Assembly: GCA_002110465.1 (NCBI GenBank)
Contig: NEED01000001.1
Span: 127,650-159,649 of the forward strand
Direction: 5' to 3'
Length of the DNA: 32,000 nt
Origin: an unicellular cyanobacterium SU2
GTDB taxonomy: Bacteria > Cyanobacteriota > Cyanobacteriia > Cyanobacteriales > Microcystaceae
A model generated the notes under the pieces. The model was not told the origin of the DNA and searched no databases. It was given only the letters and a program-made list of their open reading frames with translations. A program made the position numbers and the translations under genes. Of the stretch, positions 17,303 to 25,902 are shown piece after piece; the stretch's first letter is position 1, and each line of letters opens with the position of its first letter.

Positions 17303-18802
17303 TTACCGTTCTTCGGTTACCGAAAAAGCCACTTGTTCAATTTGATTAACATGGACTACAAATAAATCCGTAGTGGGTTCAATCCACCGCAATAACCAGT
17401 TAGGTTGAATCCCCAAAAATAAAATGATAACGGTTAAAACAAAAGCTGGAATGGTTTCAGAAGGCAAAACCGGGGGATAATAAGCCTTTTGGTTGTTCAA
17501 TTTGCCAAAACAAGTCCGATTAAGCAAAATTACAAAGTAAACGGCTGTTAATCCAGAGGCAATAATACAAAGTAAGGTTGGAATGGGAAAAGTCGCAAAA
17601 CTTCCCTGAAACACAATAAATTCCGCCGCAAATCCCACTAATCCAGGGATACCAGCACTGGCCATTCCTGCAGTAATTAGTAAGGCACTGGTGAGAGGTA
17701 AACCGCGAATAGGGTTCATTAACCCGTTGAGGACATCTAAATCACGGGTTCCCACTTTGCGTTCCACAATACCGACGAGATGAAAGAGTAAGGCGAGAAT
17801 CAAACCATGACTAATCATTTGGGCGACTGCACCCAGGATGCTTAATTGAGTTCCGGCGGCGGCAGCCACTAAAATATAACCCATGTGACCAATAGAACTA
17901 TAGGCTACCATGCGTTTAATATCTTTTTGAGCGATCGCACTTAAAGCCCCATACAACACACTCACGGTTCCAATAATAGCTAGTCCTGGGGCAACAATTG
18001 ACCAAGCATCAGGGAATAATTGTAAGCCAAAGCGAATTAATCCATAGGTTCCCAATTTCGCTAAAATTCCGCCTAAAAGGATAGTAACAGCCGAAGAAGC
18101 TTCCGTATAAGCATCAGGCAACCAAGTATGAAGGGGAACTAAGGGAATTTTAATCCCAAATCCTACCAATAAGACGGTTAACAAAATCAGTTTTGTGTTT
18201 AACGTTAACCCTTGGGTAGTGATAGTATCGTAGTCAAAACTGGTAGCACCATTGAGAAAACCAATCCCTAAAAAGGCAGCTAAAACTAATAATCCTGAGA
18301 CGGCTGTATAAATCAGAAATTTAGTTGAAGCATAACCTCTTTTTTCTCCTCCCCAAATGGCGATCATTAGGTAAAAAGGGATTAATTCAAGTTCGTAAAA
18401 AATCACGAATAACAATAAGTTTTGAGCTACTAAAGCCCCTGTTATTCCGGCATTAATCAACAGTGTTAAAGCGTAATAGAGACGAGGACGTTGAACATTT
18501 TCCCCAATACTATAGATGGCAATAATGGTGAGTAAACTATTGAGAGCGACTAAAGGCAAAGATAAACCATCAACAGCCAAACTGTAACTTAAGCCAATGG
18601 GAGTAACCCAAGGTAAATATTCTGAAAATTGCCATCCTGGGTTACTCAAATCAAACTGAGTTAATAACCAAATTGTTCCCGCAAAAATAACGACAGCCAA
18701 AAAGGTTGTCATTTGTCTTAAACGGTCTGACTCAAACTTTCCTGGGATAAATCCAATAATCATTGCTCCCAGTATGGGAAACCAAAGTAAAAAACTAAGC
18801 AT
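17303..18802 (-). CDS. ndhD3: NAD(P)H-quinone oxidoreductase subunit D3 (NuoM/NdhD family, CO2-uptake type)
   Basis: 499-aa polytopic membrane protein of the NuoM/NdhD family. Assigned to D3 from its position between the ndhF paralogue and cupA. Confidence 0.85.
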   Translation of the reverse strand: MLSFLLWFPILGAMIIGFIPGKFESDRLRQMTTFLAVVIFAGTIWLLTQFDLSNPGWQFSEYLPWVTPIGLSYSLAVDGLSLPLVALNSLLTIIAIYSIGENVQRPRLYYALTLLINAGITGALVAQNLLLFVIFYELELIPFYLMIAIWGGEKRGYASTKFLIYTAVSGLLVLAAFLGIGFLNGATSFDYDTITTQGLTLNTKLILLTVLLVGFGIKIPLVPLHTWLPDAYTEASSAVTILLGGILAKLGTYGLIRFGLQLFPDAWSIVAPGLAIIGTVSVLYGALSAIAQKDIKRMVAYSSIGHMGYILVAAAAGTQLSILGAVAQMISHGLILALLFHLVGIVERKVGTRDLDVLNGLMNPIRGLPLTSALLITAGMASAGIPGLVGFAAEFIVFQGSFATFPIPTLLCIIASGLTAVYFVILLNRTCFGKLNNQKAYYPPVLPSETIPAFVLTVIILFLGIQPNWLLRWIEPTTDLFVVHVNQIEQVAFSVTEER

Positions 18803-18850
18803 TTTTCATCCTTTTGATGTGATTAATTGTTGACTAGATAACACAAGGGT

Positions 18851-20686
18851 TTAAAACAAAAAGTTAGAAAAAACCATGCCAACAAACAGAATAACTCCTA
18901 GAAAAATGGTCAAAAAGTAAAATTGAGTTTGACCGGAAACATTGTATTTCAAGCTTTCTCCACTAAAGACAGTTGCTAAGCCAACTAAGTTAATCACCCC
19001 ATCCACGAAATACCGATCAAACCAAGCGATAATTTTAGAAATTAACCCAACGACAAAGACAATGGTGACGCGATAAAACTCAGCCGTGTATAAGTCGTAA
19101 GTGAAAAACTCTTGTATGGCTTTCGGTTTGAATTCAATGGGTTTAGCAACATTATTAGTTAAGTAAATCCAGGCTGAGGTTCCCGCACCAACGACTGTGG
19201 AAAATATTAAAGCACTAACCACCGTTAAATTCAGTGTTTTCCACTCAGGTAAGAAATTCCATTGCTGCAATAAAATAGGAACGTGCAAAGCAAATCCCAT
19301 AGTTACCATCATGGGCAATACTAAAGCCCACAACCCTTCAGGAGAACGAACGGTCATTTGTTTCGGTTTACCGCCAAAAATTAGACTAAATTCACGGGTC
19401 AGGCTAAAGGCCGTTAATCCATTGACAATCACCATAACTCCCACTAACTCAGGATGACTATCCCAGAGATGATCTGCCATTTCAGTCAGTGTCCAAAAAC
19501 AGCCTAACGGAGGAAAAGCAACGAGAGACCCGGCACCGACTAAATAACAAATACCAGAAATAGGACGACGAGACCATAAACCGCCGTATTGAGTCAAATC
19601 TTGAGTAATGTTATTCAAAACTACTCCACCAACACTCATCACCAATAAGGACATGGCGATCGCATAGGTAAACAATAATTTCAACGCTGTTTCACTTTGT
19701 TGCGTAGCCACCGCGATGAACACTAAGCCCATGTAAGCACTGACAGAATAGGAAAGCGATCGTTTAATATCAACTTGGGCGATCGCAATTAACCCTGAAC
19801 CAATCGCTGTGACAGCACCCACACCAATCATGACGGTGGAAGTAACAGGAGATAACGCCAACACAGGTTGTAGTTTAATTAATACCCATGCACCGGTCGA
19901 AACCACAATGGTATTCCGTAAAATGGTAGCCGGCATAGGACCTTCCATCGCTTCATCTAACCAAAGATGGAGAGGAAATTGAGCGCATTTGCCCAGAGGA
20001 CCTGCAATTAAAGCCAAACAAAGTAAAGTTGCGACAGTCGGCTCAAGGGTGGTGGTATTTGCCCATTGGGCTAACTCGGTATAATTCCAGGTTCCTGCTA
20101 GGGGTAACAAAGCAACCACTCCCATCAACAGAATTAAATCCCCAACCCGTTTGGTTAAAAAAGCATCTCTGGCCCCTGTTACTACCAAAGATTGATTAAA
20201 CCAAAATCCAATTAATAGATAAGTCCCTAGGGTGAGAATTTCTAAGACTACATAGCTGAAAAACAGAGAATTACATAAAACTAGCGTAGATATCCCTGCT
20301 TCAAACAAAGCTAGAAGGCAATAAAAACGCGCCCACCCCCAATCCATTTCCAAGTAACCAATGGCATAGATTTGAGCAGCTAAATTTAAACCAGCAACGA
20401 GGATGAGTGCGCCAATAGTAATTGAAGAAATTTCGAGATCGAAAGTAATATTTAAATTCGCCGCATGAAGCCACTGAAAGGATAAATAGCTAACAGGTTG
20501 ATGCCAAGTTTCTACAAGAGCGAGAGAACTATGTACTAAGGCCGCAAAGGTCATCAATATATTAATATAACCTGACGGTCTCGGTCCTGTTTTACGAATA
20601 ATTCCCGGTGACCAGGGAATAGCTAGTATTGCCCCAATTAAGGCGTACAAAGGCACTAGCCAAAGAGTTTGACTAAAATTAATCAT
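18851..20686 (-). CDS. ndhF3: NAD(P)H-quinone oxidoreductase subunit F3 (NuoL/NdhF family, CO2-uptake type)
   Basis: 611-aa polytopic NuoL/NdhF-family protein, first gene of the F-D-cupA arrangement. Confidence 0.85.
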   Translation of the reverse strand: MINFSQTLWLVPLYALIGAILAIPWSPGIIRKTGPRPSGYINILMTFAALVHSSLALVETWHQPVSYLSFQWLHAANLNITFDLEISSITIGALILVAGLNLAAQIYAIGYLEMDWGWARFYCLLALFEAGISTLVLCNSLFFSYVVLEILTLGTYLLIGFWFNQSLVVTGARDAFLTKRVGDLILLMGVVALLPLAGTWNYTELAQWANTTTLEPTVATLLCLALIAGPLGKCAQFPLHLWLDEAMEGPMPATILRNTIVVSTGAWVLIKLQPVLALSPVTSTVMIGVGAVTAIGSGLIAIAQVDIKRSLSYSVSAYMGLVFIAVATQQSETALKLLFTYAIAMSLLVMSVGGVVLNNITQDLTQYGGLWSRRPISGICYLVGAGSLVAFPPLGCFWTLTEMADHLWDSHPELVGVMVIVNGLTAFSLTREFSLIFGGKPKQMTVRSPEGLWALVLPMMVTMGFALHVPILLQQWNFLPEWKTLNLTVVSALIFSTVVGAGTSAWIYLTNNVAKPIEFKPKAIQEFFTYDLYTAEFYRVTIVFVVGLISKIIAWFDRYFVDGVINLVGLATVFSGESLKYNVSGQTQFYFLTIFLGVILFVGMVFSNFLF

Positions 20687-20726
20687 CTGTATTTTGCAAT
20701 GGTAAAAGCTAAATAAATTTGTTTTT

Positions 20727-20759
20727 ATCTATTAAAGCAGATTATAGAGTTCAGTCTAT
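20727..20759. promoter_or_regulatory. Two adjacent 4-N8-4 dyads (ATCT-N8-AGAT 20727-20742; ATAG-N8-CTAT 20744-20759) upstream of ndhF3; candidate LysR-type NdhR/CcmR operator
   Basis: Read directly. They lie 41-73 nt upstream of the ndhF3 start codon. As I recall it, ATAG-N8-CTAT is the reported NdhR motif and fits the LysR T-N11-A scheme. Confidence 0.45.
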
Positions 20760-20820
20760 GAGCAGTACAATCAAATTGTCTTATGCTTATGATAAGAAGT
20801 GTTAACAATAAATAATCATT

Positions 20821-21088
20821 ATGATGATCTCTTGTGGGAGTGCCACTCAACTAGGCAAAGTTAAGCTACCAAAACCCTTTGCAACTTTTGTCCCAAAAAG
20901 ACTACAAGTGTTTCAATTGCACCATCCCATGCTATCGTGGCTGCTACACTTCCACAGCTTCGTCTTGCACTATTAAAGATCCTTTTGACAGAATGATTAT
21001 TGCTCACGGACAAAGGCTATGTAGGCTATCGCCTATGATGAAAGCTAGAGAATATTTGAATCAATCTAATACCCTAAAAAATACTTGA
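20821..21088 (+). pseudogene. Frameshifted, N-terminally truncated PIN-domain (VapC-like) toxin remnant
   Basis: Family-typical pieces lie in three different frames: LLWE (20829-20840), QLGKVKLPKPFATFVPKRLQ, SIAPSHAIVAATLPQL, then KDPFDRMIIAHG (DPFDRMIIAHG at 20978-21010). The last matches the hallmark HHRDPFDR(L/M)(L/I)IAQA block. Confidence 0.5.
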
Positions 21089-21139
21089 AAATAAGCTCTT
21101 AAGACTGCTAAACTCTAAATTCAAGTCAAAAAATGATTA

Positions 21140-22732
21140 ATGCAATTCAACCTTAATTCTTATCCCTATCGGTCCCAACGTCGAGTGATTTTAGGTCAAC
21201 GTTGCGCGGCGGCTACCAGTCAACCTTTAGCTACTTTAGCAGGACTCGAAATGTTTCAAATGGGGGGGAATGCAGTCGATGCGGCTGTTGCCATGGCAAT
21301 TGCTTTAACAGTAGTTGAACCGACTTCTAATGGGATTGGTTCGGATGCGTTTGCGATGGTTTGGGATGGTCAATTACACGGATTGAATGCTTCTGGAAAA
21401 ACCCCTAAAACACTTTCGTTAAAAGCTTATGAAAATGTGCCAGAAATTCCCCAGTTAGGATGGTTAACTGTAACGGTTCCTGGGGCAGTTTCAGCTTGGT
21501 ATCAGTTATGGAAAAAATGGGGAAAATTAGCGTTTGAACAATTATTTAGTCCAGCAATTCGCTATGCAGAATCAGGGTTTCCTGTGTCCCCAGTTACGGC
21601 TAATAGTTGGCAACAAAAAGAGACGATATATCTACCCTTAACTGCTCCAGAATTTCAACCATTTAAACAAGTTTTTTTTTCCAAGCATCGCGCTCCAAAA
21701 ACAGGAGAAATTTGGGGTAGTTTTTACCATGCTAAAACCTTAAAAGAAATTGCTAAAACGGGAGGAGAAAGTTTTTATAAAGGAAAGTTAGCCGAGAAGA
21801 TTTCTAATTTTTCTAGTGAAACTAGAGGATATTTAAACTCCCAAGATTTAGCCAATCATCAACATTTATGGGTTAACCCAATTTCTACTCAATATAAACA
21901 GTTAAAAGTCTGGGAAATGCCCCCGAATACTCAAGGAATTGCTGCCCTCATGGCCTTAAATATTTTAGAAGGGTTTGAAATCGAAAAATATCCCCGTGAT
22001 TCAATAGAAAGTTTTCATTATCAAATTGAGGCAATGAAACTAGCATTCGCTGATGTGCATCATCATGTTGGCGATCCAAATTTTATGGAAGTCTCTATTG
22101 AGCAGCTTTTAGATAAATCTTATGCAAAACAGCGTCATAATTTAATTAATAAGCAAGCAATTCCGTTAGTAAAATCTGGAATACAACGAGGGGGAACAGT
22201 TTATTTATGTACGGCAGATGATGATTTAATGGTATCGTTTATTCAATCTAATTATGATGGGTTTGGAAGCGGAATTTTAATTCCAGAAACAGGAATTGCT
22301 CTACATAATCGTGCCTCTGGGTTTACCTTAGAAACAGGACATCCTAATCAAATTGCTCCCAACAAACGACCCTTTCATACCATTATTCCAGGGTTTTTAA
22401 CCCACGAGAATCAACCCCTGGGTCCCTTTGGCGTGATGGGTGCGCCAATGCAACCCCAAGGACACCTACAAATGGCTGTTAATCTGACTGATTATCAAAT
22501 GAATCCTCAAGCTGCCTTAGATGCCCCTAGATGGCGATTTTTAGAAGGAAACAAGGTACTTTTAGAAAAGGGTGTATCTAATAGAATTATTCAGGGGTTA
22601 CGTCAACGAGGTCATGATGTTGAAATTGCCCCAGAAACTATGTTTGGTAAAGGTCAAATTATTTTACGACACCAAGGGGTTTTAGTCGCTGCTTCTGAAC
22701 CTCGCGCCGATGGATTAGCCTTAGGATATTGA
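21140..22732 (+). CDS. ggt: Gamma-glutamyltransferase
   Basis: 530 aa. GGNAVDAAVA, the autoprocessing/nucleophile site GGTVYL, and the FHTIIPGF and GAPMQPQG blocks. Confidence 0.95.
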   Translation: MQFNLNSYPYRSQRRVILGQRCAAATSQPLATLAGLEMFQMGGNAVDAAVAMAIALTVVEPTSNGIGSDAFAMVWDGQLHGLNASGKTPKTLSLKAYENVPEIPQLGWLTVTVPGAVSAWYQLWKKWGKLAFEQLFSPAIRYAESGFPVSPVTANSWQQKETIYLPLTAPEFQPFKQVFFSKHRAPKTGEIWGSFYHAKTLKEIAKTGGESFYKGKLAEKISNFSSETRGYLNSQDLANHQHLWVNPISTQYKQLKVWEMPPNTQGIAALMALNILEGFEIEKYPRDSIESFHYQIEAMKLAFADVHHHVGDPNFMEVSIEQLLDKSYAKQRHNLINKQAIPLVKSGIQRGGTVYLCTADDDLMVSFIQSNYDGFGSGILIPETGIALHNRASGFTLETGHPNQIAPNKRPFHTIIPGFLTHENQPLGPFGVMGAPMQPQGHLQMAVNLTDYQMNPQAALDAPRWRFLEGNKVLLEKGVSNRIIQGLRQRGHDVEIAPETMFGKGQIILRHQGVLVAASEPRADGLALGY

Positions 22733-23098
22733 TGGTAAAAAAACCTAACAGTATTTAACAGTTTGTGACGCATCATTAAGAGTTTAAACAATTATCTAAA
22801 GCTTAAAAAAAGACAAAGAAAAAGCAATAAAACCTAAACCCATTGGTTGAATAGACAAGAGACGATGATTGAGGATTTATTAGTTCTATTTCTTTATAGA
22901 TAACGAGTATACGCAATGAGTAAAATTGTTGTCAAAAAATCCTAACATTTTAGCCCTTAACTCTTGACGGAATATTTAAAGATCAAAAAATATCCCCACT
23001 CAAGTGAATCATTTAGTAAGTTATTGTCCTTAAATTTAATTCTTATTAATTCTGTAGGAATTTTTAAATCTGTTGAACTGTTTTGAGACCTTAACCCT

Positions 23099-24070
23099 GT
23101 GACCATAACCTTTAGTGATGCCAACGTCAAAGCCGCTTTAGCCGCCATTGAATCTGATGAAGCAACCCTAGTCGAAAAAATCGAAATGCTAATCGAAATG
23201 GCTGCGGGACTGCAAAAAAAGCCCAAAAGTCCCCAACAACTCGAAGATGCAGTGTTTCTCTACCGTCGGGGCTTAGAATTATGTCCTCCTGACTATCCTC
23301 TGTTGAGGGCAAGATGTTTATCGGGAATGGGAACGGCATTACGGACAATTCCAACAGAGGAGGTAGACTTACTCCTAGAAGCAAAAACTGCCTACGAGAC
23401 AGCCCTTCCCATTCTTGAAGAATATGCGTCCCCTGAAGAAGTCGCCGAGGCGCAGATGAATATCGGGGTTGTCTTACAAGGGTTGGTTCCTTTTCGAGAA
23501 GCAAGAATGCAAGATGCGATACAAGCTTATCAAAAAGCAGTTCGAGTGTTTAATGGAGAGAGTTATCCCCAAGAATTTGCCATTTTACAAAATAACATTG
23601 CGATCGCTTATCTTTCGATGCCCCTAGGTCCCGATGGGGAAGGAATGCGCCAAGGGATGGCCGTACAGTCTTTTGAAGCGGCCTTGAATTGGGTAACACT
23701 GATTGATCATCCTAGCGAATACGCGATGTTACAAAATAATCTTGCTAACGCCTTGCAATACCTCCCTAGTACCCATCCGATAGAAAATAACCTCAAAGCT
23801 CTCGCTGCATACAATGAGGCGTTAAAAGTCCGTACTCCCCAAGATACCCCAATTGAATATGCTAATACTATCTCGAATAAAGCAAACGTTTTATTTAATT
23901 TACCAGATGATGTAGAGCATCCCGAAAAGGGGAATCAAAACAATCTAATGCAAGCGAAAAATTACTATCAAGAAGCCCAAGAAATGTTTATTCAATATGG
24001 ACAATGGGACCGAGTTGAAGTAGTTAAACAAGCTTTGCAAGATGTGGAAAAAGAGTTGGGGAGTCAATGA
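23099..24070 (+). CDS. TPR-like helical repeat protein of unknown function (GTG start as in ORF track)
   Basis: 323 aa with about 45-aa periodic motifs (EAQMNIGVVLQGL, FAILQNNIAIAYLSM, YAMLQNNLANALQYL, YANTISNKANVLFNL). Start codon uncertain. Confidence 0.6.
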   Translation: MTITFSDANVKAALAAIESDEATLVEKIEMLIEMAAGLQKKPKSPQQLEDAVFLYRRGLELCPPDYPLLRARCLSGMGTALRTIPTEEVDLLLEAKTAYETALPILEEYASPEEVAEAQMNIGVVLQGLVPFREARMQDAIQAYQKAVRVFNGESYPQEFAILQNNIAIAYLSMPLGPDGEGMRQGMAVQSFEAALNWVTLIDHPSEYAMLQNNLANALQYLPSTHPIENNLKALAAYNEALKVRTPQDTPIEYANTISNKANVLFNLPDDVEHPEKGNQNNLMQAKNYYQEAQEMFIQYGQWDRVEVVKQALQDVEKELGSQ

Positions 24071-24097
24071 TTAATTTATTAAAGGAGAGCAATCTTA

Positions 24098-24367
24098 ATG
24101 ACTGAAATCTTAAGTCGTTTAGGAACTAATCCTATGGTTCAGAGCTTTGTTAGTAATCTTGTGGTGGGAGAAATAACCCTACTGACGGGATTATTTTGGC
24201 TCATCATCGCTGGCATAATGTCTGTTATTGGTGGGGCCATCGGTGGAATGTTATTAGCAGGTAAAGATTTAGGTTATCAATTATCTGCCATGATGGGTAG
24301 TTTATTGGGTCCTGCTGGGGTTATTCCTGTTGCTGCGGTTGGACTTGTTGTGTTGAAATTAGTATAG
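24098..24367 (+). CDS. Small membrane protein with glycine-zipper helices
   Basis: 89 aa with two hydrophobic helices (IIAGIMSVIGGAIGGMLLAG, GSLLGPAGVIPVAAVGLVVL). Strong SD aaggag at 24082-24087, 10 nt before the ATG and 27 nt after the TPR gene stop. Confidence 0.55.
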   Translation: MTEILSRLGTNPMVQSFVSNLVVGEITLLTGLFWLIIAGIMSVIGGAIGGMLLAGKDLGYQLSAMMGSLLGPAGVIPVAAVGLVVLKLV

Positions 24368-24379
24368 GACTTACCGACA

Positions 24380-24604
24380 ATGTTAGAACTCACTTGGTAT
24401 TCTGCAAAACTATTTTTCCAAGGAAAATTAATCCGTAACCCTGGATATTTTTACCGACAGCTTTCCTTTGGCGTGATCATCGGTTTGTTGTTATTAGTCG
24501 GGTTAGGAGAAACAGGAATTAACTTAGCTATTGCTATCGGAATTTCTAGTTTAATAACAGGAATGGCTATGCCATTTTTACTTAAGGATGTGAAAATGAA
24601 GTAA
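24380..24604 (+). CDS. Small two-helix membrane protein
   Basis: 74 aa with hydrophobic segments FGVIIGLLLLVGLG and LAIAIGISSLITGMAMPFLL. Starts 12 nt after the preceding stop. Confidence 0.45.
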   Translation: MLELTWYSAKLFFQGKLIRNPGYFYRQLSFGVIIGLLLLVGLGETGINLAIAIGISSLITGMAMPFLLKDVKMK

Positions 24605-24839
24605 TTTCTGTTCAATAAATAGTAGCTAGTCCCCAACAATTCACTATGTAGGTAGGCAAAATTAAACGAAGGTGTGTCCTAAGTCCTTTAGGACAAAAAA
24701 ACTAGCCATAAAAGCTGATCCTAAAGTCCTAACTAAGAACTTTTCTATTTAATAACACCGTTCGGCTGAAATCACCGTCGAAGCCCTGTCGAAACTCACG
24801 GTAGAAGCCTACCTACTTATTAACTATTAACTATTAATT

Positions 24840-25712
24840 ATGACTCAATCTACTCCCGTATCAGAAAACCGTAAAACCTTAGAAACATTAGTAGAAGAAA
24901 TTAGTCGGTATGAACACATAATAGGACAATGGGATCAGAATCAACAAGTTGTTGTAGAAAGATTAAAAGAAGCGGTTGAAGAATTACATAAAGAAGGTTT
25001 AACTCGTCTAATTCGGAGTGTTAAACAAGAGTCTATGCGGGCATTGCGTAGTGCCGTTGAAGATGAAATTGTGTATGGATTATTACGTTATCATCAATTA
25101 ATTAAACCCCCCACCCCGCCTTTAGAAGACCGTATTCAACAAGCATTAGAAACCGTTCGACCAGGATTAAAAAGTCATAACGGGGATGTAGAATTAGTGG
25201 CGATTAAACTTCCTGATACTGTAGAAGTTCGATTAATTGGAACCTGTAGCAATTGTCCGGCTTCTACTTTAACGATGAAACAAGGAGTTGAACAAGCAAT
25301 TAAAACTTATTGTCCTGAAATCACAAAAGTTGTATCGGTTAATAATTCTTCAAAAGTTACTAATAATAACGGTCATTCTAGTAGTCCCTTTGCTTCTTCT
25401 CAAGAAATAGGTTGGGTAGCCTTAGCCAGCATTGATGAGATACCCAATGGAGGAATTTTACCCTTAGAAATTGAAGGATTAAAGTTAATTTTAACCCGAC
25501 AAGATGAGCAAGTGATTGGCTATCGTAACAGTTGTAATCATCTAGCTATGCCCTTAGATACAGGTAAAGTTGAAGACGGTATTTTAACTTGTTTATATCA
25601 TGGGTTTAAATATCGCTTAGCTACGGGAGAATGTTTGACTGCACCTGGAATGTCCCTAGAAGTTTATCCCGTGAAACGAAGTGGCGATCGCGTGTTAGTT
25701 AGAGTTTCTTAA
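24840..25712 (+). CDS. Fusion protein: N-terminal helical domain + NifU C-terminal (Nfu-type) domain + Rieske [2Fe-2S] domain
   Basis: Nfu block HNGDVELVAIKLPDTVEVRLIGTCSNCPASTLTMKQGVEQAI (CxxC). Rieske ligand boxes CNHLAMPL and CLYHGFKY. The two are separated by a Ser/Asn-rich linker. Confidence 0.8.
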   Translation: MTQSTPVSENRKTLETLVEEISRYEHIIGQWDQNQQVVVERLKEAVEELHKEGLTRLIRSVKQESMRALRSAVEDEIVYGLLRYHQLIKPPTPPLEDRIQQALETVRPGLKSHNGDVELVAIKLPDTVEVRLIGTCSNCPASTLTMKQGVEQAIKTYCPEITKVVSVNNSSKVTNNNGHSSSPFASSQEIGWVALASIDEIPNGGILPLEIEGLKLILTRQDEQVIGYRNSCNHLAMPLDTGKVEDGILTCLYHGFKYRLATGECLTAPGMSLEVYPVKRSGDRVLVRVS

Positions 25713-25902
25713 GAGAAAAGTTCGTAGTCAGGGCTTTAGCCCTAAATATCAAGCTCATAGATTAAGATCTAAATAGAGACAACAAGGAATAGTTTGATTT
25801 GAGATGTTTTAGTAGGAACATCGTATAAGCTTCCACTACTTTTCGAGTAATGCGTTAGCCTAGATAAGCAAACCCTTAAATTTTTAGGTATTGTCTAGGC
25901 TT

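Noticed and set aside
17375-17388. tRNA T-arm-like string gggttcaatccacc.
   Set aside because: It lies inside the ndhD3 coding frame. Only a 4-bp stem can be drawn, and I could not find a flanking acceptor, D or anticodon arm.
20879-21088. 69-aa Cys-rich ORF from the track, considered as a genuine small protein.
   Set aside because: It needs a TTG start. Only its DPFDRMIIAHG segment resembles a known family, and the upstream family-typical blocks are in other frames. It is reinterpreted as part of a frameshifted PIN-domain pseudogene.
22957-23226. 89-aa minus-strand ORF spanning the ggt-TPR spacer, and the 63-aa minus-strand ORF at 27149-27340 upstream of psbA.
   Set aside because: Both lie in AT-rich promoter-like intergenic DNA and have odd composition (Ile/Phe/Lys/Ser runs). 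There is no ribosome-binding site or recognisable domain. The first overlaps the start of the better-supported plus-strand TPR-like gene.
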